Source: Polyangiales bacterium
GTDB lineage: Bacteria > Myxococcota_A > Polyangia > Polyangiales > Polyangiaceae
Direction: 5' to 3'
Length of the DNA: 64,000 nt
NCBI GenBank assembly: GCA_038230375.1
Contig: JBBRNJ010000007.1
Location: 1 to 64,000, forward strand
How positions within the stretch are numbered: position 1 is the stretch's first letter; every line of letters begins with the position of its first letter. The notes below the pieces were generated by a model. It was not told the origin of the DNA. It worked only from the letters and a program-made list of their open reading frames with translations, and ran no database searches. Of this stretch, positions 9,472 through 17,179 are shown piece by piece. Made by a program: the position numbers and the translations under genes.

Positions 9472-10044
9472 TCACTGCGATGGAAACTGCACGGGGAACG
9501 CAAGGCTCTTGCCCTTGCACTTCGTGACGTCGCCCGGATCCGTGGCCTTCACCGCGTCCACCATGCATTTCACGACGGCGGCGGGCAGCATGGTCTTGTC
9601 ACCGTTGGGGGAGGTGAGCACGTTGCCGAGCTTTCCCGTTCCGTTGACGGCGACGGCGATCCGGACGCCGCCCACCAGGTTCGCGTCCTTCTTCTTTCCC
9701 TCGCGGTAGCACGCCTTGATCTGTGGGCGCGCGCGCTTCTCGAACGCGGCGGCGACCGCCTGGCATGCGTCGTCTGCGTCGTCGTTGTGGGTGCTCTGGG
9801 TGGAGGACGACAAGTCGCCCGCGGCGCCGCCCGCATCCGGGGCGCCTGTGGCGACCGGTGTCGGCGTGACGCCAGCGTCGTCGGTGCTCGCGCTGCTCGT
9901 TGCCGCGCCTGCGTCAGCGACTGATGCCGCCGTTCCGTTCGACTCCGTTGCCGGCTTTGGCGTTGGAGGCGAGCCACACGCGACCATGAGCAAGGGCATC
10001 GCGACAAGCGGGAGGAGCAGGGTAAATATGATTGTATTCTGCAT
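9472..10044 (-). CDS. Lipoprotein with a C-terminal AgmX/PglI (TonB_C-like) domain
   Basis: Lipobox LMVAC, low-complexity linker, IKACYREGKKKDANLVGGVRIAVAVNGTG...VVKCMVD...FPVQF. Confidence 0.7.
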   Translation of the reverse strand: MQNTIIFTLLLPLVAMPLLMVACGSPPTPKPATESNGTAASVADAGAATSSASTDDAGVTPTPVATGAPDAGGAAGDLSSSTQSTHNDDADDACQAVAAAFEKRARPQIKACYREGKKKDANLVGGVRIAVAVNGTGKLGNVLTSPNGDKTMLPAAVVKCMVDAVKATDPGDVTKCKGKSLAFPVQFPSQ

Positions 10045-10105
10045 GCGATGCGCTCCCGGGATCTGCCACGTTGGCGGGATGCAGCCTTTGCGCTACACCA
10101 TCCGC

Positions 10106-10531
10106 ATGACGCACTTTACCCCTCTTTCGGCGCTGGCCGGAGGAGCATTGATCGGCCTGTCGGCGACCATGTTCTGGTTCTTGAACGGGCGCGTGGCTGG
10201 CATCAGCGGAGTGTTCGGTGACGTTGTGCTGGGACGCGCGGAGGCACGGGCACCGAAGGGCGCGTTCGTTGCAGGCATGCTGGTCGCGGCGCTTGTCGTG
10301 GGCATGCTGGTGCCGGCGTCGTTCGGCGCGTCGCCGCGTTCGATCTTCACGCTGGGCATCGCGGGCCTCTTCGTGGGCGTGGGCACGCGGATGGGCAACG
10401 GCTGCACCTCGGGGCATGGCGTGTGCGGGATCTCGCGGTTCTCCCTGCGGTCGATCATTGCGACCATGACGTTCATGCTCGTCGCTGGGCTCACGGTGCT
10501 GGTCGTGGACCACGTGTGGAGGCTCTCGTGA
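10106..10531 (+). CDS. YeeE/YedE family (sulfur-compound transport) membrane protein
   Basis: GGALIGLSA, NGRVAGISG, VGVGTRMGNGCTSGHGVCGISR. Confidence 0.9.
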   Translation: MTHFTPLSALAGGALIGLSATMFWFLNGRVAGISGVFGDVVLGRAEARAPKGAFVAGMLVAALVVGMLVPASFGASPRSIFTLGIAGLFVGVGTRMGNGCTSGHGVCGISRFSLRSIIATMTFMLVAGLTVLVVDHVWRLS

Positions 10532-10551
10532 GCGAGCGCAACGGGCTTGTC

Positions 10552-11028
10552 ATGAAGGTCATCACGGCGTTCGCTGCGGGCGCGCTGTTCACCGTGGGCC
10601 TTGCCATCTCCGGGATGACGAAGCCGGAGAAGGTGATCGGCTTCCTGGACGTGAGCGGTTCGTGGGATGCGAGCCTTGCGTTCGTCATGGTCGGCGCCAT
10701 CGGTGTGCACCTCACTGCGCGCCGTCTTCTCGGCTCCATGAAGAAGCCGGTGTTCGCGCATTCATTCCACGCCTTCGGGCGCACCAAGATCGATGCGCCG
10801 CTGATCGGTGGCGCCGCGCTCTTCGGCGTGGGCTGGGGTCTGTCGGGCTACTGTCCCGGGCCGGTGATCGCGAGCTCCGTGGTGTCCGGCAGGCCAGCGC
10901 TCGTCTTCATTGCTGCGATGGTACTGGGCATGGGCGCCTGGGAGATCCTCCAGCGTGCGCGCGCGACCGATCCGAACAAGGACCCCGTGGCGCCGCTCGA
11001 CGCCACGCCCGAATCCACGGACGCCTGA
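10552..11028 (+). CDS. YeeE/YedE family partner membrane protein
   Basis: GLAISGMTKPEKVIGFLD, WDASLAFVM, FGVGWGLSGYCPGP; an alternative GTG start at 10528 overlaps the upstream stop. Confidence 0.88.
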   Translation: MKVITAFAAGALFTVGLAISGMTKPEKVIGFLDVSGSWDASLAFVMVGAIGVHLTARRLLGSMKKPVFAHSFHAFGRTKIDAPLIGGAALFGVGWGLSGYCPGPVIASSVVSGRPALVFIAAMVLGMGAWEILQRARATDPNKDPVAPLDATPESTDA

Positions 11029-11033
11029 TCCGG

Positions 11034-12476
11034 ATGCTGAAAACAAGCTCGATCGTCGCCATGGCCGGGCTCTTCGCCGCGTGCGGGGGCCCACCGAGTC
11101 AGCCGCCCGCGCAAGCCCCCGCGCGCGAGCCAGCGCCCGCTGCACCTTCGACCTCTGGCGCGACGACCGGAGCGACGGACGCGACAGGCGCGAGCGATGC
11201 GGGGAGCGTGGCGACCGCGGCTGGCGACGCGTCAGCAGCATCACCGCCAGCGCGCGCGTGCGCGCCGATCGCGGCGTCGTTCTCCGAGCCGGTCGCGTTC
11301 AGCAGAGGGGTGGTGACATCGGCAGTGCCGCACGTCGTGGGCGAGGGCCCCGCGCTCACCGCATTCCACGAGAAGCTCGCGCGCGTCGCGCGGGGCGGCA
11401 GCACGGAGAAGGTGCGCGTCGCGTTCTACGGCGACTCGCAGATGACGCGCGATTTCATCTCGGGCGCCTTTCGCCGCGCATTGCAGGCGCGGTTTGGCGA
11501 CGCAGGACACGGCTTCGTGGCGGCCGCGCGTCCGTGGGGCTGGTACGAGCACATGGACATCCGTCACGACGTCACGCCGAAGGAGGACACGCCGTGGGGC
11601 ATCTTCGCGGCGTCGGGTCGTCAGCTGGGCGACAAGATCTACGGCTTCGCGAACATCGCCGCGGAGACCTCACGCGGTGGCGCCACCACGTGGGTCGCGA
11701 CCGCATACGGGGCTGCGTCGCCCGTGGGCAAGACGGCGGGCTCAGCGGAGATCTTCTACCTGAAGCGCCCGGGCGGCGGCGGCTTCAACGTGCTCGTCGA
11801 TGGCGCGAAGGTGGAAGAGGTCAGCACCGAGAACGAGACGGTGGAGCCCGCATCCGTGCGCGTGAAGTTCCCCGACGGACCGCACAAGGTGGAGGCCGTG
11901 GTGAAGGGTGGCCACGCCGTGCGCATCTTCGGGACCGCGCTCGAACGCGAGAACGCGGGCGTGGTTGTCGACTCGCTGGGCGCGGGCGCGCTCAACTTCG
12001 AGCTGCTCGCGCACGTGGACTCGCCGACGCGCATCGCGCAGCTGCGTGATCGCAAGTACGACCTCGTCATCTTCCTGCTCGGCACGAACCTCCTGGGCGC
12101 AGGGTCGCAGCGAAAGTGGGTGACCGCGGTGCTGGACGACTTCAAGAAAGCGCTCCCCGACACCGCGCTCATGCTGATGAGCCCACCCGATCAGGGCATG
12201 TCACACACGGACTCGAGCTCGAACCCGGCCGTCGCGAGGCTCGCCAAGGATCTCAAGGAGACCGCAGACGCGGAGCACGTGCTCTTCTGGGACTTCTACG
12301 AGGGCATGGGCGGCAAGGGAGCCATCCGAGCCTTCGTACGAACGGGCCTGGGCGAACCAGACTGCGTGCACCTGGGCTTCTCGGGAGCGAGCCTGATGGG
12401 CACACGCTTCGCCGCCGAGATAGTCCGAGGCTGGAAGGCCCACGTGGACGCAACCCCCGACGCCGGCTGCAAGTAG
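11034..12476 (+). CDS. SGNH/GDSL hydrolase-family lipoprotein (esterase or O-acetyltransferase-like)
   Basis: Lipobox FAAC; block I FYGDS, block III LGTN, block V PDCVH; beta-rich insertion between blocks I and II. Confidence 0.85.
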   Translation: MLKTSSIVAMAGLFAACGGPPSQPPAQAPAREPAPAAPSTSGATTGATDATGASDAGSVATAAGDASAASPPARACAPIAASFSEPVAFSRGVVTSAVPHVVGEGPALTAFHEKLARVARGGSTEKVRVAFYGDSQMTRDFISGAFRRALQARFGDAGHGFVAAARPWGWYEHMDIRHDVTPKEDTPWGIFAASGRQLGDKIYGFANIAAETSRGGATTWVATAYGAASPVGKTAGSAEIFYLKRPGGGGFNVLVDGAKVEEVSTENETVEPASVRVKFPDGPHKVEAVVKGGHAVRIFGTALERENAGVVVDSLGAGALNFELLAHVDSPTRIAQLRDRKYDLVIFLLGTNLLGAGSQRKWVTAVLDDFKKALPDTALMLMSPPDQGMSHTDSSSNPAVARLAKDLKETADAEHVLFWDFYEGMGGKGAIRAFVRTGLGEPDCVHLGFSGASLMGTRFAAEIVRGWKAHVDATPDAGCK

Positions 12477-12496
12477 CAAGGTCCAGGTCGAATTCG

Positions 12497-13036
12497 TCAG
12501 CGTCTACGCTTTGATTTCCAGGCCTTCGTGATCAGCAGGTGCACGGACGATCTCCACCGCAGCTCCTTGATCTGCGTCATCCGCACGACGCGCTTCTCCA
12601 CGACGGTGAACGGGTAGTCGCCGTACTCCACGAGTTCCACCCAGCCGTCCTCGACGCGCACGATCTTGCAGTCGCGACGTGGCTCGTCCTTGAGCATGAC
12701 GTCCACGCACTCCCCCGTACGGGCCGCCAGCATCACGCGCTTCTTGATGAGAGCTCGGTTGGTCGTTCTCTGACCATCGCTTTTCTTGACCGAAAGCCGC
12801 GCAAAGAGCTCGAGCCGCCTCACATAGTCAGGGGACTCATCGAGCCGCGTGATCTTCGACAGCGCGACGCTGAACTCCTCGTCGATCGTTCCATCGGGAT
12901 TCACCAGTTCGAACCGTACGGTTCGCACGTCAACGTCGAGCACGCGCCCGAACAACAGACCCTTGCCGTCACTCCACTTGCAGAAGCCGACGAGGCGGCG
13001 GGACTTCAGGAAACGAAGGAGCGCTGAACGAAGCAT
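12497..13036 (-). CDS. Basic hypothetical protein with two tandem Sm/SH3-like beta-barrel repeats
   Basis: Two similar halves (GRVLDVDVRTVRFELVNPDG...VALSKITRL and CKIVRVEDGWVELVEYGD...VRMTQIKEL); TACGCT-N6-ATG upstream. Confidence 0.6.
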   Translation of the reverse strand: MLRSALLRFLKSRRLVGFCKWSDGKGLLFGRVLDVDVRTVRFELVNPDGTIDEEFSVALSKITRLDESPDYVRRLELFARLSVKKSDGQRTTNRALIKKRVMLAARTGECVDVMLKDEPRRDCKIVRVEDGWVELVEYGDYPFTVVEKRVVRMTQIKELRWRSSVHLLITKAWKSKRRR

Positions 13037-13115
13037 CGAATCAGCGTAGACGATGAACTTGGTGCTGGCGACTGCCCCACCTCGGCTCGGCCCCTCGCGA
13101 TGCCCGTCCGCCGAG

Positions 13116-13199
13116 GTACACCTGTGAGGAGTACTTTTCGTGGCAAATCCCTGTTAAACGCCGACGATTCGTCGTTTTACGTACACCTGGTAGGTGTAC
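13116..13199. promoter_or_regulatory. Pair of palindromic operator-like sites GTACACCT-N3-AGGWGTAC
   Basis: 13116-13134 GTACACCT GTG AGGAGTAC and 13181-13199 GTACACCT GGT AGGTGTAC; the second extends to perfect 10-bp arms over 13179-13201. Confidence 0.65.
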
Positions 13200-13278
13200 G
13201 TGTTCGAGCCCTGGCGCGCGACGGCCCCATGCTCCGGTGCTGGCGCGGGAACCTGCCGGCCCCGGCTTGTCGGTGTCG

Positions 13279-14697
13279 CTAGCCGCTGCTCTTGGGCGGG
13301 AACTGCGAGGTCGAGATCGGCGGCGCAGGGATCTGCGAGGTGGAGGCAGGCGGCTGCTGTGTCTGCAGTGGCTGCTGTGGCTGCTGCACGAAGTGACCCA
13401 CGGATGGCGGGGGTGGCGTGAACTGGGGCGATGGTGCGGTGAACTGGCCGGTCGAGACCGGCGGCGGGGCCTGCGAGAGTCCGGGCATCCACGCCTCGAG
13501 GCCGAGCGGTCCGAAGATGCGGCGGCCGTCTCCGGCCAGCGGCTCCATCTTCTTGTGCAGGTCGTCGCGTCGCAGGTAGAGCTCCTCGCGCTTCCCCTCG
13601 TCGGTCTCTCGCTTGAGCGAGAGCTCGTGCGGGTTCGGGCTGCGCGCGGCGATCTCGGCGACCGTCGGCGCGAAGAGCGAGACCATGCGCTCCACCAGGC
13701 GCAACGAGCCGCTGGGGTCGAGCGCGCTGACGTTGTCCACGCGGCACGCGCGCAGCCGCGACCGCAGGCTGGTCAGCTTGCCTGTCGAGCCCTGCAGAGC
13801 GGTATAGAGCCGCTCGAACACGGCCACGTCGCCCGCCTCGAGCTTCTCGGAGAGCGAGCCGGCCTCTGCCATCCCGGGGCGATCCACACGCACGTCGAGC
13901 ACGCCGTTCGCTTTGGCCGCGGTGAACACGTACGAGTCTGGCTGGTCCGGCTTCTTGCGGAGCAGGAGCAGACATCCGTCGTCCATCACGTCGATGTCAC
14001 CGATGAAGAAGTCATCGAGGTGAATGCGCTCCGGGGTGACCTGGCTCGAAAACCAGGCTTTTTTTGCGCCGATCATGAGGTCCACGCCGGTGGTGAACTC
14101 GGAGACCTTTCGCGGCTTGCCCCAGGACGTGCTGGCCACGTCGATGTCGAACTCGCAGACGATGCCCATGGCGTGCGTGAGCGTGCACCACGAGTCCGTG
14201 CGGCCAGCCGCGAGCGAGACCTTCACGCGCGAGTGCTCCGTGGGGAGGCGCACCGTGCGCATGAAGTGATCGAGGTGCTGCTCGATCTCCTTCTTCGCGC
14301 CCTGCGCCACCATCGCGGCGCCCTGCTGTTCGCGCTCGTTCTCGGCCTGGGTGCGGCCCTTGTTGTCGGCAAGGGTGCGGATCGCGCTCTGGATCACGTG
14401 GCTCGCGTACTCGCGCACGAGCGCGCTGCTCGATTCCTTCGCGGCCTCGCCGAGCGCCTCGACCGTGCTCGCATGGAACTGCTCGATCTGCTCGAGCTCC
14501 TTCATGCGGGCCAGCAGCCCCTGATCGGCGGCGTCCTCCACCTTCGACGCGTTCATGGACAGCTGCACGACCCGCGTGGCGGTCGTCATGAACGTCTCGA
14601 GCGTTGCTAGAAAATCGTAGCCGTGGGGGAAGGGCGACGAGTCCCCGTAGAGGTACCTCACCCCGAGAGTCTCGTTCGTTTCGAGCTGTGATGTCAA
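13279..14697 (-). CDS. Hypothetical protein (helical N-terminus, P/Q-rich tail)
   Basis: 472-aa ORF with host-like codon use; RYLYGDSSPFPHGYDFL near the N-terminus; TTG start uncertain. Confidence 0.75.
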   Translation of the reverse strand: MTSQLETNETLGVRYLYGDSSPFPHGYDFLATLETFMTTATRVVQLSMNASKVEDAADQGLLARMKELEQIEQFHASTVEALGEAAKESSSALVREYASHVIQSAIRTLADNKGRTQAENEREQQGAAMVAQGAKKEIEQHLDHFMRTVRLPTEHSRVKVSLAAGRTDSWCTLTHAMGIVCEFDIDVASTSWGKPRKVSEFTTGVDLMIGAKKAWFSSQVTPERIHLDDFFIGDIDVMDDGCLLLLRKKPDQPDSYVFTAAKANGVLDVRVDRPGMAEAGSLSEKLEAGDVAVFERLYTALQGSTGKLTSLRSRLRACRVDNVSALDPSGSLRLVERMVSLFAPTVAEIAARSPNPHELSLKRETDEGKREELYLRRDDLHKKMEPLAGDGRRIFGPLGLEAWMPGLSQAPPPVSTGQFTAPSPQFTPPPPSVGHFVQQPQQPLQTQQPPASTSQIPAPPISTSQFPPKSSG

Positions 14698-14770
14698 AGC
14701 CGAAGCGCCATACCCGCTCTTCCTGCAGGATTCATCTTTCCGCTGGCGCGCAAAAGGTTAAGATGCAGTC

Positions 14771-17179
14771 ATGGAAGGAGCCCGCTCGCGAACCCCGCTG
14801 CTGCTCCTCGTCATCTTCCTGCTCGGGCTGCTTGGCTGCCAGCCGGATACGGGGATCACGCTGCGCGCGTTCACGCTGCGCCTGCCCGACGGCAAGAAGG
14901 AGAACGTCGACCTTCCCGCGCGCCTTGAAGCCAAGCTCCCGAAGGCGAATGTAGACTACACGCTTACGACGGCCGTCGAGCTGCCCCAGGAGCTCCGTGG
15001 GCAGGCGCTCACGCTCTCGCTGGGCAACCTTGGCGCCCTGGTCACCGCGCGCGCGAACGGCACGCCGCTCTCGCCTGTGCGCCCCGGCATGCTGGACAGC
15101 TACCGCGCGACCGAGCCCGTGGTCTTCCATCTGCCGGGGAACATCACGCGCGAGGGCACGCTCTCGATCGAGCTCACCGTCCAGCACCGCTGGTACAAGA
15201 GCGCCATCATCGAGGACGCGCCAATCATCACTGCGCGGCCTCTTGGTCCGGACCGCGTGGTCCTGATCTCCACGTGGAACCAGGTGACTGCGCTTGGCGC
15301 GCTGGCCGCGAGCGCCGTGGTCGCGATGCTCTACTTGTTCGTGTGGCTCTCCATGAGCGGGCCGCGCAGCCGTCCTTACGGCTTCTTCGCGGTGGGCGCG
15401 CTCACGGGCCTCTTCTACCCGGCGTTCCTGCTTGGCCTCACGCAGCCGCTCTTCGGCGCTTACGACGTGGCGGTGATGGGCGTGATGCTGGTCACGGGCT
15501 CCGTGGCTGCGCTCTATTTCTCTCGCGCGTACTTCGAGCTGCCGCGCCCGAGCCGCGTGTGGCTCGCGGTGCCGCCGGTGTCGCTGCTGGTCTGCCTTGT
15601 GGGCCACAGTCCGTTCTATGCGGTGCGCGTGATCGGAGTGCTGATCGGCGTGGTGGGCACCGCGCATGCGCTCGCGCAGATCGTTCTCCTGATCCGGCTG
15701 CCCGCGAACACTCACTTCTCGCGCAACCTGTGGCCCATCGCGCTGGCATGGCCCATCACTGCCATCGTCGGCTTGCCGGATTTTGCCCCGTGGTTCGGTT
15801 TTGGTGAGCTCTCGCACGGCGTGCGCACGGCGTGCATCGGCATCACCACGATTGCCATCTACCAGGCTGTCTCGCTCTCGCGTGAGCACCTGCTCGCGTT
15901 GCGCCGCTCCGACGAGCTCGTCGTCGAGCTCCACAAGAAGGTCGACACGTTGTCTGCGTCGAACCGCGAGGTCGCGACCCTGAATGACGAGCTGCGACGG
16001 CAGATCGCGCTGCGCTCCAAGGAGCTCGTCGTTCGCCTGGCCGACATGGACGCGGGCGTCGTCGTTGCGCCCAAGCTGGAGGCAGGTGAGCTGTTCGAGG
16101 GTCGCTACCGCGTGCTGCGCATCCTGGGGCAGGGCGGCATGGGCGCCGTGTACGAGGTGGAGCGGCACAGCGACAACCGCAAGTTCGCGCTCAAGGTCTT
16201 CTCCGGCGGTGACTCGTTCGCGCGCGCCCGCTTCGCGCGGGAGGCGCAGATCTGCGCGGAGGTGAAGCACCCGAACGTGGTCACCATCCAGGACGTCGAC
16301 GTGGCGAAGCAGGGCTTCCCGTTCATGGTCATGGAGCTCGTGACGGACGGCACCACGCTCTACGACGTCCGCCGGCGCAAGCAGGACATTCCATGGACGC
16401 TCGGCGTGCTGCTCCAGGTGTGCGAGGGCATGGCGGCCATTCACGCAGCGGGCATCATCCATCGCGATCTCAAGCCGTCGAACATCCTGCTCTCGCGCGG
16501 GCGCGACGGCACGAGGCCCACGGTCAAGATCACCGACTTCGGCATCTCCGCGGTGGCCGAGGACGACGGACGCCTCTCCGACATGATCATCCGCGCGAGC
16601 GCGGCGAGCGGCGCGAACCTGGAAGAAGAGGCGCGCGCAGCCGGGTTGGCTCCCACTTCGCGGGGGGGCCGCTCGCGCCCCGCCAGCGGGGGCACCGCGA
16701 ACGTCAAGACGGGCGAGATCGACTACGACGACGATGCGGCGACGCAGATTCTTGCGCCGGAGGATCAGGCCACGCGCGTTCCCAATGGGCAACCGCCGCC
16801 GAGCAAGCCTCGTGCAGAGATGCGCAGCGACGACTTCACCGCCACGGGCGTGATCTTCGGAACGCCTCAGTACATGGCGGGCGAGCTCCAGCAGGGAACG
16901 AAGAGCTCCACGCGCTCCTCCGACATGTTCGCGATCGGCATCATCGCGTTCGAGCTCCTGGTCGGGAAGCGGCCCTTCAAGGAGAGCCCGCTCGAGGCGC
17001 GCCTGAAAGGCCGCGCGATGCCGCACGCGCCGCCGCTCGCCGGCCTCTGTCCCGATCTACCAGCCGACGTCGCGCTCGCGCTGGACCTGGCGCTCGCTCA
17101 CGACACGGCTGCAAGACCAGAAGCAAGAGCGCTGGCAGACGTGATCCGCGCAGCGCTCGCCCGACTCACCAGCGCCTGA
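14771..17179 (+). CDS. Receptor-type Ser/Thr protein kinase with an N-terminal extracytoplasmic domain and about 7 TM helices
   Basis: Signal/lipobox LLGC, beta-rich ectodomain, multiple TM segments, coiled coil, then LGQGGMGAVY, ALK, HRDLKPSN, DFG, GTPQYMAGE, DMFAIG. Confidence 0.9.
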   Translation: MEGARSRTPLLLLVIFLLGLLGCQPDTGITLRAFTLRLPDGKKENVDLPARLEAKLPKANVDYTLTTAVELPQELRGQALTLSLGNLGALVTARANGTPLSPVRPGMLDSYRATEPVVFHLPGNITREGTLSIELTVQHRWYKSAIIEDAPIITARPLGPDRVVLISTWNQVTALGALAASAVVAMLYLFVWLSMSGPRSRPYGFFAVGALTGLFYPAFLLGLTQPLFGAYDVAVMGVMLVTGSVAALYFSRAYFELPRPSRVWLAVPPVSLLVCLVGHSPFYAVRVIGVLIGVVGTAHALAQIVLLIRLPANTHFSRNLWPIALAWPITAIVGLPDFAPWFGFGELSHGVRTACIGITTIAIYQAVSLSREHLLALRRSDELVVELHKKVDTLSASNREVATLNDELRRQIALRSKELVVRLADMDAGVVVAPKLEAGELFEGRYRVLRILGQGGMGAVYEVERHSDNRKFALKVFSGGDSFARARFAREAQICAEVKHPNVVTIQDVDVAKQGFPFMVMELVTDGTTLYDVRRRKQDIPWTLGVLLQVCEGMAAIHAAGIIHRDLKPSNILLSRGRDGTRPTVKITDFGISAVAEDDGRLSDMIIRASAASGANLEEEARAAGLAPTSRGGRSRPASGGTANVKTGEIDYDDDAATQILAPEDQATRVPNGQPPPSKPRAEMRSDDFTATGVIFGTPQYMAGELQQGTKSSTRSSDMFAIGIIAFELLVGKRPFKESPLEARLKGRAMPHAPPLAGLCPDLPADVALALDLALAHDTAARPEARALADVIRAALARLTSA

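Noticed and set aside
12477..13110. Integron cassette around the atypical 12497-13036 gene
   Set aside because: No attC-like RYYYAAC...GTTRRRY structure and no integrase seen.
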